A stretch of DNA of 64,000 bases. Source: Candidatus Aminicenantales bacterium. Its GTDB lineage: Bacteria; Acidobacteriota; Aminicenantia; Aminicenantales; UBA4085. Position numbers and translations under genes: made by a program. The DNA lies in NCBI GenBank assembly GCA_049515535.1, contig JBEKTZ010000013.1, positions 1 to 64,000 on the forward strand, given 5' to 3'. The notes below the pieces were generated by a model that saw nothing but the letters and a program-made list of their open reading frames with translations, made no database searches and had not been told where the DNA came from. Positions 46,821 through 56,505 of the stretch are shown one piece after another. Numbering within the stretch: the stretch's first letter is position 1; each line of letters starts with the position of its first letter.

Positions 46821-47606
46821 TCAGCGGCGCGCTATAACATAGAAGATCTTGACCTGAGGATTCGGAGTATCGATCGCAAGAGGCGCCTGCGGGGTGTCTA
46901 GGGCGCCGTCAACCGCGAGCTCCGGCGGGATCGGAACCAGCCGGCCGAAAAAGATTCTTTTAAAGAGCTCCTTGCCTTTCATCGTTTTCGGCATCAGGCG
47001 GAGCTTAATCGCGATCCGTTTGAAGAGCGAGACGATCCGGTCTCGCGGCGTCGCGGCCCGGACGGAGAAGGCTCCGAAAGCCCGAATCTCGCGAAAATGC
47101 GGTCGAAGCTGTTCGGCGACCTCCGCGGCCGTAAAATATTTCCGGCTGAACGGCGAGGGGTTGAAATCCAGCCATTCCTTATTGACCGAGCCGATGATCA
47201 GCCGGCCCCCAGGCCTCAAGACGCGTTTGGCTTCCTGGACGAATTTCTCCGGGCTAGCTAAATAGTATATCGCTTCATACAGCAGGACGACGTCGAAACT
47301 TTGGTCGGGAAAGGGCAATTCTTGGGCATCGAATTTTTTGACGATGATATTGGGTCGGCCTTGATACTGGTTTTGGGCGATGGCCAACACGATTTCGTTG
47401 ATATCCCCCCCGACGACCGTCCGGGCGGTGCGGGCCAAATAACCAAGGCCCATGCCCGCGCCGCAGGCCGCTTCCAAAATATCCCGGTCGCGGCAGAAAG
47501 CGGCAGCGAAATGGTAGCGGTCATAAAGCCGTTCCAATTGTTCCCGGGACGCTTTGTTTCCCGGGATCTCCGTCACCGTCACGAATTCCGCGGTCTGTGG
47601 GATCAA
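46821..47606 (-). CDS. Class I SAM-dependent methyltransferase
   Basis: ILEAACGAG, LPFPDQSFD, RVLRPGG. Confidence 0.85.
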   Translation of the reverse strand: MIPQTAEFVTVTEIPGNKASREQLERLYDRYHFAAAFCRDRDILEAACGAGMGLGYLARTARTVVGGDINEIVLAIAQNQYQGRPNIIVKKFDAQELPFPDQSFDVVLLYEAIYYLASPEKFVQEAKRVLRPGGRLIIGSVNKEWLDFNPSPFSRKYFTAAEVAEQLRPHFREIRAFGAFSVRAATPRDRIVSLFKRIAIKLRLMPKTMKGKELFKRIFFGRLVPIPPELAVDGALDTPQAPLAIDTPNPQVKIFYVIARR

Positions 47607-48760
47607 CGCAGCGTCTCCAGTCTCCGGCAGGCTTCGTCGAGGTCATGATCCTCCTTGGCGAAGCAGAACCGGACGAGAGGAGGATCGGCAGGCTCATGGA
47701 AGAAGGCTTCGTCGGGAACGCCGGCCACTCGCGTTTTGGCCAGAATTGTCATAGCCTTGTCCTTGCTTGTGGCGCCGGGGACGGACGCGGCGTTGGCTAG
47801 GACGTAATAGGCTCCCTGAGGAATATAGGGCATCAGGCCCGCTTTGTGCAAGGAGCCGCAAATTTTGTCTCTTTTGACGGTGTACTGGGTGCGGAGCTCG
47901 TGGTAATAAGTCGGGGGCAATTCGAGGATGCCCTTGGCAACGCCGGCCTGAAGCGGAGCTGGAGCGCAGACATAGATAAGGTCATTGAGATAACCGATCA
48001 TCTGGGCCCATCGGGCATCGCTGACGGAGTAGCCGATCCGCCAGCCGGTGATGCTGAAAGTCTTGGAATAGCCGGAAATCGTGATAGTTCGCTCCCCGAG
48101 GCCGGGGAGAGTCGCCGGACTGATATGCCGGTGTCCATCATATAAGAAATATTCATAGATTTCATCGGTGAAAACGAAAAGATCATGGTCCACGGCGATA
48201 TCCCGGATTGCCTCTAACTCCTTGCGACTGAAGACTTTCCCGGACGGATTGGCGGGCGTGTTGACAAGGAGGCCTCGGGTCCGCGGCGTGATCGCGGCCT
48301 CCAGATCCGCGAGGCAAAAACTCCACTCCGGAGGCTGGAGGCGGACATAGATCGGGCGCGCCTCCAGGGACAGCAGCGTATTGACATGGTATCCGTAATA
48401 GGGCTCGAACAGGATGACTTCGTCCCCGGGGTTTAAAAGGGCTAGACAGGCGCAGTAAAAGGCTCCGGTCGAGCCGCTGCTGACGACGATCTCGTTTTCC
48501 GGGTCGGCGGCGATGCCGTTGTAAGACTTCATCTTTTGAGCGATCGCTCCTCGCAGTTCGGCCAGGCCGTCATAGCGCGTATAGCTGTTGACTCCGTCTT
48601 CGACGGCGTTTTGGGCTCCGCGCCGCACCGGCAGGGGCACTTCGGTGTCGCAAACGCCCTGGGACAAATTGATGCCCTTGACCTTTTCGCATTCAATGTG
48701 CATCGCCCGGATTTCGGATTGGACGATGCGGTCGACCCGTTCGCTGATGTGAAGCGTCAT
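47603..48760 (-). CDS. Class I/II PLP-dependent aminotransferase
   Basis: NTPANPSGKV, DEIYE, SKTFSITGWRIGY. Confidence 0.92.
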   Translation of the reverse strand: MTLHISERVDRIVQSEIRAMHIECEKVKGINLSQGVCDTEVPLPVRRGAQNAVEDGVNSYTRYDGLAELRGAIAQKMKSYNGIAADPENEIVVSSGSTGAFYCACLALLNPGDEVILFEPYYGYHVNTLLSLEARPIYVRLQPPEWSFCLADLEAAITPRTRGLLVNTPANPSGKVFSRKELEAIRDIAVDHDLFVFTDEIYEYFLYDGHRHISPATLPGLGERTITISGYSKTFSITGWRIGYSVSDARWAQMIGYLNDLIYVCAPAPLQAGVAKGILELPPTYYHELRTQYTVKRDKICGSLHKAGLMPYIPQGAYYVLANAASVPGATSKDKAMTILAKTRVAGVPDEAFFHEPADPPLVRFCFAKEDHDLDEACRRLETLR

Positions 48761-48784
48761 GGTTGTTCCTTTTGGCCGGCGCGC

Positions 48785-49894
48785 TTATCTCAGCCCGTAG
48801 AAGGCCCGGACCGTCCGGATGACGAACTCGACCTCGGCGTCCTCCAGCTCGACATTCATCGGCAGCGAACACACTTCCCGGCTCAGGGTCTCGGTTTCGG
48901 GAAAGCCCCGATCGACGAGGCGGAGCCCGGCATGCCGATAATATGGCTTCCGGAACTGGACAAGGACTTCGATGCCGTTGTCCTTCAGATAGTCCGAGAA
49001 GCGATCCCCCTCCTTCGACCGGACAACGTAATTCTGATAGACATGGTCGAAGCCCGGTCTGTCGTAGTGCGGCAGGACGAGGTCGGAGATTCCGGACAGG
49101 GCGGCTCGATAGCGTTCGGCGATCTGTTTGCGCCGGACGATCCAGGCTGGCAGATGCTTCAGCTTGACATCAAGAAAGGCCGCATGAAGATTGTCCAGCA
49201 GGCAGGTGAACCCGTGGCCGTGGTATTCGCCCGTCTCGCGGTCTTCACCGTTGTAGCGCATCCGAGTCGCAAACACAACTACCTCAGGGTCGTTCGTGGT
49301 GATGGCGCCGCCGTCTCCGTATCCGCCTAAAATCTTAAAGGGATAGAAACTCCAGCAGCCGGTCAAACCCCAGGCACCCGCTTTTTTCCCCTGGATATGG
49401 CTGCCGAGGCTCTGGCAGGCGTCCTCGATGACCTGAAGACGGTATTTCCGGGCAATCTCCATCACTCGGGGCATATCGGCCATAAAGCCGTTGAGATGGA
49501 CGGGAAGAATGGCTTTCGTTTTGGGCGAGAGGGCCTCTTCGATTCTATCGACATCGATGTTGAAATCCTTGGCCACATCGACGAGAACCGGCGTCGCTCC
49601 GACGTTCGCGACGGCGGAGCAGGTGGCGACGAATGTGTGTGCGGGAACGATCACCTCGTCTCCCGGACCGATTCCGGCCGCTAGCAACGAGAGGTGGAGG
49701 GCATCATAGCCGCTGTTGACGCCGACCGCGTATTTTGTCCCGACGAACGCGGCCAGATTTTTTTCAAAGCGCTTGAGTTGGGCACGATCGATGAGATCTC
49801 CTTTGGCCATGACCTCCCGATAAGCGGCATCGATCTCTTTCTTGATCATGGCGTAATTCTTCGCAGGGTTCACAAATGGAACTTTATAGCCCAT
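48785..49894 (-). CDS. DegT-family sugar aminotransferase
   Basis: NSGYDAL, IEDACQ, SFYPFKILGGYGDGG. Confidence 0.92.
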   Translation of the reverse strand: MGYKVPFVNPAKNYAMIKKEIDAAYREVMAKGDLIDRAQLKRFEKNLAAFVGTKYAVGVNSGYDALHLSLLAAGIGPGDEVIVPAHTFVATCSAVANVGATPVLVDVAKDFNIDVDRIEEALSPKTKAILPVHLNGFMADMPRVMEIARKYRLQVIEDACQSLGSHIQGKKAGAWGLTGCWSFYPFKILGGYGDGGAITTNDPEVVVFATRMRYNGEDRETGEYHGHGFTCLLDNLHAAFLDVKLKHLPAWIVRRKQIAERYRAALSGISDLVLPHYDRPGFDHVYQNYVVRSKEGDRFSDYLKDNGIEVLVQFRKPYYRHAGLRLVDRGFPETETLSREVCSLPMNVELEDAEVEFVIRTVRAFYGLR

Positions 49895-49960
49895 AACTGC
49901 CGTCCTTTCCTCTCAGCCGCGCTTCAATTAATCTCTTTGGCCGCCCGGAGGGATTCACTT

Positions 49961-49989
49961 ACCATATTCGACATGGCGGCCAGAGTCAA
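49961..49989 (-). promoter_or_regulatory. Sigma70-type internal promoter
   Basis: TTGACT-17 nt-TATGGT upstream of the 49894 gene. Confidence 0.55.
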
Positions 49990-50041
49990 ATCGCCCCTGT
50001 GAAAACGTTTGCAGAGTACACCGCGACTTGCCGCAGGGTAT

Positions 50042-50968
50042 TCACTTGTCGTAGAGCACCCTTTCAGCGGCAGCGGCAATCCCGGTTGCGTCTAGACCAT
50101 AGATCGAACGTAGGTAAGTTTGGTCTCCCACAACTGAAGAAAAGCCTTGATCGAGACCGATACGCTTGAAACGAAAAGCACGGGCTTGGCTTTCGAGAAG
50201 AATTTCGGCAACGGCACCGCCAAGTCCACCATAGATCGTATGTTCTTCCACCGTGATTATAGCCTTCGTTTCCATGGCCGCGGCAATGACCGCAGTAGCA
50301 TCCAGCGGTTTTATGGTCGGGATGCTCAGAACGCGCGATTTTAAGCCTTTTTGGGCTAAAATATCCGCAGCCTGCAAAACGTTATACAAAAGACCCCCCG
50401 TCGTCATTAAAGTGAGGTCTCTTCCCTCTCGCATCAGGATGGGTTTGTCGATGTCCAGAAGGGAGTCGGTTTTATGAATAGTTGGTTCTCCAGACCGGCC
50501 CAACCGCAAATAATAGGGGCCTGCGTTCAAAGCTGCAGTGCGGGTTGCTAGTCTTGTTTCCACAGGATCGTTTGGCGCAATAATCTTGATCGAAGGCAAC
50601 GCTCGCATGATTGCCAAATCTTCAGTAGCGTGATGGGTCACTCCCACGGCGCCATATGCCATTCCGCCCCCGACGCTGACAACCTTGACATTGGCATTGT
50701 GATAACAAATATCATTTCGGATCTGTTCTAAGCAACGCAGTATAGGGAAATTAGCGATGGAGTATGTAAATACGATCTTGCCGCTAAGGGCCATACCGAC
50801 CGCCAACCCAGTCATATTTTGTTCGGCGACACCTGCGTTTAAAAACTGCTTAGGGAATGCAGTCCTAAAAGGCTCAACTACGCCGAAGCCTAAGTCACCC
50901 ACGATCAGCATAATACGGTCATCGCTTTGGGCAAGCTTAAAAAGCGACTCGATAAAAGCGGTTCTCAC
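50042..50968 (-). CDS. Transketolase-like, C-terminal (pyrimidine-binding) subunit
   Basis: NAGVAEQNM, EQIRND, THHATED, YLRLGR, TVEEH. Confidence 0.9.
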   Translation of the reverse strand: MRTAFIESLFKLAQSDDRIMLIVGDLGFGVVEPFRTAFPKQFLNAGVAEQNMTGLAVGMALSGKIVFTYSIANFPILRCLEQIRNDICYHNANVKVVSVGGGMAYGAVGVTHHATEDLAIMRALPSIKIIAPNDPVETRLATRTAALNAGPYYLRLGRSGEPTIHKTDSLLDIDKPILMREGRDLTLMTTGGLLYNVLQAADILAQKGLKSRVLSIPTIKPLDATAVIAAAMETKAIITVEEHTIYGGLGGAVAEILLESQARAFRFKRIGLDQGFSSVVGDQTYLRSIYGLDATGIAAAAERVLYDK

Positions 50969-51801
50969 GCCTTTTTCTCCAACTCCGCCAAGGCAAGCTC
51001 GAATTCGCCTTCATGCGGATAACGATAATGCCATAAAAGGTTATTCTCCATGAAGCTCACACCTTTTCCTTTTACGGTATGGGCGATAATGCAATTTGGG
51101 AGTCCCACTTCAAACGGGACTTCCGATAAAACGCTGAAGATCTGATTCATATCATGTCCGTCAATTTCCTGAACCGCCCATCGAAAATCGGTCCATTTTT
51201 TTCCGAAAGGATCAAGATCGATAACTTCCCGTGTCGTGCCCAAGCTTTGGATTTTGTTGTAGTCTACAATTGCCGTTAGATTATCCAGTTTGTGTTGAGG
51301 GGCGAATAGGGCAGCCTCCCAAGTCGATCCTTCATTGCATTCCCCGTCGCTAAGTAGGCAGAATACTCGATATGACCTGCCGTCGCGTTTTGCCGCAAGA
51401 GCCATTCCCGCGGCAATCGATAGACCATGCCCCAACGCACCGGTCGAGACTTCTATCCCGGGCACGGTATGAGTGGCATGCCCGGCTAGGGGAGAACCAT
51501 TGAGACAAAATGTATCGAGCCATTCAACCGGGAAAAACCCCTTTTCTGCCAATATGGCATAGAGGGCTGCACAAGCGTGGCCCTTGCTTAGGATAAAACG
51601 GTCACGGTCTGCCCATTCTGGCTGCGCGGGGTCTATATGCAAGATCTGATCATAAAGAACCGCCAGTATTTCCGTAATCGAAAAATTAGACCCTATATGG
51701 GAGCTCTTAGCACGTTTCGTCATCATAAGAACATGATAGCGGATACGATAGGCTAATAAACGCAGTTTGGCGAGATCAGTCTTAGAATGATTATTTTTCA
51801 T
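50965..51801 (-). CDS. Transketolase-like, N-terminal ThDP-binding subunit
   Basis: SHIGS, DRFILSKGH, STGALGHG, SDGECNEG, HTVKGKGV. Confidence 0.9.
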   Translation of the reverse strand: MKNNHSKTDLAKLRLLAYRIRYHVLMMTKRAKSSHIGSNFSITEILAVLYDQILHIDPAQPEWADRDRFILSKGHACAALYAILAEKGFFPVEWLDTFCLNGSPLAGHATHTVPGIEVSTGALGHGLSIAAGMALAAKRDGRSYRVFCLLSDGECNEGSTWEAALFAPQHKLDNLTAIVDYNKIQSLGTTREVIDLDPFGKKWTDFRWAVQEIDGHDMNQIFSVLSEVPFEVGLPNCIIAHTVKGKGVSFMENNLLWHYRYPHEGEFELALAELEKKA

Positions 51802-52424
51802 CGGCCTTCTCTCAGGAATATCTTCATGAGTGTCCGCCAGATGATGGAAAGATCGTTTCTCAATGATCGTTCATTTATATATTTAAGCTGCAATCGAATT
51901 TTTTCCGGCCGGATTTTTTCAAAATAATCCTTATCTGGATCTTGGCTTCCAGCTAGAACAGCTCCCTCGTCTGTATTCCACAAAGATGCCCAGTCCGTAA
52001 TCCCTGGCGGCACCTTTAGGATTTTTTTTTCTTCATCTGTGAATAAGTCGACGAATTTTCTAACTTCCGGACGAGGGCCGACAAAACTCATTTCCCCCTT
52101 CAGAACATTTATGAGTTGCGGCCACTCGTCGATCTTATATTTGCGCAAGAAATGTCCTACCCGAGTGATTCGCGGATCATCATTCGATGTCGATGCCGGG
52201 CCGAGCTTATCTGCATTTAGAAACATCGTCCGAAACTTAAGCATATTGAACAGGTTGCCGTCCTTCCCCACGCGTGTTCCACGATAGAAAGCGGGACCCT
52301 TTGAATCGAGGTGGATGAGGAAAGCGATGAGAAGAAAGAAGGGCCATAACACAAGCAAGCCCATAAAAGAAAATATAAGATCGAAGAGGCGCTTAATGAA
52401 AGGATAAAAATTGACATGGATCAT
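51798..52424 (-). CDS. Small monotopic phosphoglycosyl transferase (bacterial sugar transferase)
   Basis: KRLFD, KFRTM, DPRITRVG, DEWPQLINVLKGEMSFVGPRPE. Confidence 0.92.
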   Translation of the reverse strand: MIHVNFYPFIKRLFDLIFSFMGLLVLWPFFLLIAFLIHLDSKGPAFYRGTRVGKDGNLFNMLKFRTMFLNADKLGPASTSNDDPRITRVGHFLRKYKIDEWPQLINVLKGEMSFVGPRPEVRKFVDLFTDEEKKILKVPPGITDWASLWNTDEGAVLAGSQDPDKDYFEKIRPEKIRLQLKYINERSLRNDLSIIWRTLMKIFLREGR

Positions 52425-55400
52425 TGAAAATTCAAGTCCTTTCGTTTTACGCCTGGAAAATCATTCTTAAGTCCGTTATCGCTTGAAGCTCCATGTCGGA
52501 ATATAGCAGAAATTTCTATCGGTTCCAATGCACGCCTGAAGGAAATGAACTCGGCCATGGAACCATGCCACGTTTCTTCTTCACCCTGAGGGTAACCGAT
52601 CCATCCCAATGACACCAGGCCGATCCGACTCTGGTCCGCTGGTCGGTGAATGGATAAAGCAAGCTTGCCGTCGATATAAAACTGCTGAGCGTCCGCTCGC
52701 CATGTCAGCGCGTAATGATGCCAGCCATCATCCGTGATGGTTTGTGACGTCGGGATAGCTTGGGATCCTGAGTTATAGGAAACCATGAATCTGCCGCTGG
52801 CTTCATGATAGATATAGATGTGAAACGTCAAGCTCGAATAAGGTGGCGAACCCCCATGGACGGCAATCAAATCGGCATAAGTCTTGGATGGCGTGGCGAG
52901 TTTCGCCCAAACCGAAAAGGAACCTTCAGCTGATCGAAAAGATTCACGAGGCAGGAACAGATGCGTTTTTATGGGCGCCATTCCTTCGATGAAGACGGCT
53001 TTCATTCCAGGCCGCGGCCCGTTCTCTAAACGAATGGGTCCTTCAGCTTTTATTTTCTTTCCGGATTTTGTCAATATAAGTTTGTCACGACTTTCCTCGA
53101 CGATTTTTTGGCAATCCAAGATGATCAATGCATCCCGGAGTGCGTATTCAACTAACGTGGAATCGAAGTTTTGATGCACAGCTTCTCCAAGTAAATTATC
53201 ATTTCTATCTAAGACGGCGGCTCGACCAAGAGCTTCTTTAAACCCTGCATATTGATTTTGTTCGAGAGAGACCTGCGCTAACGCATAGTAAATCTGAGCC
53301 AATTCAGCCGTAGTGAAGCGAGAGCCTTGTTCCATAGCCGATTGGAGACAAGACATCGCTATGGAGGCCCGTCCGGTTCTCATATAAGACAAGCCGAGAA
53401 GGAAGTTTGCCCTAGGGTTGGTTGGTTCTAACCCTAACCATATCCGGAGAGGATCGACGGCTTCCTGGTATCGTCTCAGGGAAAAAAGTGCCAGTCCCAG
53501 ACCTGAATATCCATCGGTGCTTCTGGGGTCCAAATCGGTGGCTTTTATAAAAGACACTACGGCGTCTTCATATTTCTCAGTTCGAGATTGCAACCTTCCC
53601 ATTGTAAGCCAGGCTTGAATATTGTTTGGCTGGGCCTTTATCCAATTTTTGTACGTTTCGAGCGCGTTCTGCCAATTTCCTTGGCTTTCATAACATGCCC
53701 CCAACCAGAGCCAAAAAATGCCAGTTTCTTTTGCCCCTGAACCAAGCGCTTGTTCATATCGCAATGCTGATTCTTGACAATCACCTCTTTCGGCAAGGAT
53801 TTGGGCCTTCAATAAAAGCCTGGATCTAAAAGATGGCTTGAAGAAGATCATCGACCCGAGGACTCCGCTCAACAAGATGAAGATGATCAAAAAAAATAAC
53901 CTTCCGTGTTTTTTTATAAAATCTTTTAGGCGAATTGTTTTTAAATTGTAGCGCGAACAAACCGTGAAAAGAAAAATGGGAATTATGAAGGCTAATGCGG
54001 TTAGCGCAATCCCCATATAAACATCCAAAGGTATATATCTGAAGGTGATAGAATGTTGCCCCGAAGGAACCTGCACCGCCATGAATCCTCCATAGGCCCG
54101 GTAAACCGGCAAATTCATTTGATGATCAAGGCGTGCCCTCCAATGTCGGCGATATAAATAGCTTAGCACTAGAAATTTATCTGCCGGTGCGCGCACAGAA
54201 ACCTGAAATGAATTGAAAGCTTCCTTGACAATTTCAGCATGACTTATAAATCCGTCTTCCGCCCTTTTGCCTGACGACCTATTTTGAAATGGGGTCAGGA
54301 TTTCGGGATCCTTTTCTAGATAGACGCTCCCACGCATCCAGGGAAAGTCTGATTTTTTGAATAACGTTTGAAATGATTTGATCTGGCTGTGGATTTCGAA
54401 ACGTTCCGCTAAGAAGGCAATGCCCGTTGGGTTCTTTAGCTCGTAGATATAAACGGGACCACCTTCACGTCCCTCCAACCCATCGGCTAATTCCAATGGC
54501 CCTTTCTTAGTTTGGCATACTCCTCTTGAGCTGAGACGCGGATCTTCGATTTTTTCATCGCCACTCACAATATAACGAACACCCATGAGCCGGAGATTTT
54601 CGATATTTGAAGTCACGGCTCCGCTCAAGGGGGGCCAAAAGCTGTCCCGCCAATATCTTTGATCAAATGTCCCGCGCAGAAGACCGGTGAATGGATGGGC
54701 CATCTGTTTACGCGAAAAGAGGGCTTTCTCTCCATCGCGTACACCCAATTCCAGTTCAGCGATAGTTTTCCAGTTTCTTCCCGTGCCATCAGTCAAGGAA
54801 TCCATACCAACATAAAGAGTTCTATAGTTGGCGTCTCCTCGTTGTATGATTTGATCGAGACAGGCTTTCCGACTTTCATACGTTCTTAGGCGGTAGCTAC
54901 TTTGTGTTAACCATTGCCAGCTACGATGTTGATACAATCGCAAGTCATTGTGCAGCGAGATATTAAATAACGGCACAAGAATAGCGATCGAGATAACCAT
55001 CGGCTTTAATAATTTATTACGTCGTCCCTTCATTTCGAAAATAAATACGGATGCGATCGTCAATAGAATGAACATCTGGTTCACCCATGGCAAAAGTTGC
55101 CACATGTCACTTATCATGTGTATGGAAATTCGGTTCGAGCTTGAAAACGGTGCCGTGACGGCATGGCTGATATAGCTGATCAGATCTCTGGAATTCGCTG
55201 GCTGAGGATGGGGTAAACTGAACAGCCATAGATCAACGACAGCAGAGATCATAGCTATTAAGACGAAAAGACGCATCCTCATTTCTTTTTGTCGCTTTAT
55301 TGCCGCCAAACAGATAAAACCGGCTAGGATGCTTGTGAAAGGAAGAAGGTTGATGTGATGCCGGAAAAAAGATTCACCGCTGCTTGCGCCCGAAAGCCCG

Positions 55401-56488
55401 GGAATTGAATAATAAAAAACACTCCCTGCGAACATAAGCAGCCCAAGGAAGACAAGTGATGCCGGCACGAATGCCTCTCTCGGGTTTGTCTTAAAAGTAA
55501 ATTTGCCTAGAACCAGCGAAATGGCAAGAGTGATATAGATAAAACAAGGTACATAGAGGAGTAATCCGTGACTTTGATTAGGGGTGAAAAGGCTGCCTAA
55601 ATTGTTGGTCTGAAAAAAATTTAAAAAATTCGTGAGCTTAAAGCCTGCGCCGGGCTGGTATACGCCAGCTGCTCGCAAGCTTTCCAGGGTTGTCGAGATC
55701 TCCCTGAGATTGGCAAACAATGGAATAATATAAAAGAAGCCGGCGAGAATACCCAATATTGTTATGGCGATTGCTTTTTTAAAAGCAAGCCAAAACCGCT
55801 GCCGCAAATAGCCCGAACCGATCAATAGAGAATAGAAAAAAATTGTCGGCAGCACAACGACCAGCGAGTAAAGGCCGCCCGAACTAATGGCTAACACGGT
55901 GATAGCTAAAAGGATGGCGATGTTCTTTGCCGTTACGCGTTCCATCGTTCTGTGAATTAAAATGAGCAAAATAGGGATTAAATAGAACACGTAAAACTCT
56001 TCAAAAAATTGAAACTCCGGCATAATTACAATCGGGAGACTAATATAGGTCAGCCCGCCGAAGAAAGAAATAAAACGATCCTTTGTGATCTTCTTTAAAT
56101 AGAAATACGCCCCAACTGCGCCTAAAATTAAAAATCCGGCCAAACGGATCAGCATGACTGTTTCAACAGGGAATACGAGTATCAAATAGTTGAACGGGGA
56201 AAACAAAGAAACCGGGTCTTTTATATCACCGGCAATATTGGATCCAAACTCGTTATAAGGGCTGATGGTTGGCCATTCCCCTCTGGTCAGCGCTTGCTTT
56301 AAGGTTAGGAGTTTCCCTGCGATCCGTGAATCTTCCCAAAAAGCATCCCATCCAGGATACCTTTGTAGAGGAGGGAGGTTAATTTGGTAAAGGAAAAGGG
56401 CTACGTAGAGAATGATCAAAACGATAAAAACAAAATCGCCCTTGAAAAAAGGAGCAATTCGATTATTTTTATCGTGAGGCTTTTGCAT
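52421..56488 (-). CDS. YfhO-like GT-C membrane protein fused to TPR repeats and a LamG/concanavalin-A-like domain
   Basis: GEWP...PYNEFG, multiple TMs, LVLSYLY..HWRA...VYRAYGGFMAVQVPSGQHSITFRY (YfhO C-terminus), TPRs, DDGWHHYALTW...FYIDGK. Confidence 0.72.
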   Translation of the reverse strand: MQKPHDKNNRIAPFFKGDFVFIVLIILYVALFLYQINLPPLQRYPGWDAFWEDSRIAGKLLTLKQALTRGEWPTISPYNEFGSNIAGDIKDPVSLFSPFNYLILVFPVETVMLIRLAGFLILGAVGAYFYLKKITKDRFISFFGGLTYISLPIVIMPEFQFFEEFYVFYLIPILLILIHRTMERVTAKNIAILLAITVLAISSGGLYSLVVVLPTIFFYSLLIGSGYLRQRFWLAFKKAIAITILGILAGFFYIIPLFANLREISTTLESLRAAGVYQPGAGFKLTNFLNFFQTNNLGSLFTPNQSHGLLLYVPCFIYITLAISLVLGKFTFKTNPREAFVPASLVFLGLLMFAGSVFYYSIPGLSGASSGESFFRHHINLLPFTSILAGFICLAAIKRQKEMRMRLFVLIAMISAVVDLWLFSLPHPQPANSRDLISYISHAVTAPFSSSNRISIHMISDMWQLLPWVNQMFILLTIASVFIFEMKGRRNKLLKPMVISIAILVPLFNISLHNDLRLYQHRSWQWLTQSSYRLRTYESRKACLDQIIQRGDANYRTLYVGMDSLTDGTGRNWKTIAELELGVRDGEKALFSRKQMAHPFTGLLRGTFDQRYWRDSFWPPLSGAVTSNIENLRLMGVRYIVSGDEKIEDPRLSSRGVCQTKKGPLELADGLEGREGGPVYIYELKNPTGIAFLAERFEIHSQIKSFQTLFKKSDFPWMRGSVYLEKDPEILTPFQNRSSGKRAEDGFISHAEIVKEAFNSFQVSVRAPADKFLVLSYLYRRHWRARLDHQMNLPVYRAYGGFMAVQVPSGQHSITFRYIPLDVYMGIALTALAFIIPIFLFTVCSRYNLKTIRLKDFIKKHGRLFFLIIFILLSGVLGSMIFFKPSFRSRLLLKAQILAERGDCQESALRYEQALGSGAKETGIFWLWLGACYESQGNWQNALETYKNWIKAQPNNIQAWLTMGRLQSRTEKYEDAVVSFIKATDLDPRSTDGYSGLGLALFSLRRYQEAVDPLRIWLGLEPTNPRANFLLGLSYMRTGRASIAMSCLQSAMEQGSRFTTAELAQIYYALAQVSLEQNQYAGFKEALGRAAVLDRNDNLLGEAVHQNFDSTLVEYALRDALIILDCQKIVEESRDKLILTKSGKKIKAEGPIRLENGPRPGMKAVFIEGMAPIKTHLFLPRESFRSAEGSFSVWAKLATPSKTYADLIAVHGGSPPYSSLTFHIYIYHEASGRFMVSYNSGSQAIPTSQTITDDGWHHYALTWRADAQQFYIDGKLALSIHRPADQSRIGLVSLGWIGYPQGEEETWHGSMAEFISFRRALEPIEISAIFRHGASSDNGLKNDFPGVKRKDLNFQ

Positions 56489-56505
56489 TGGATTATTGAT
56501 TCCTG

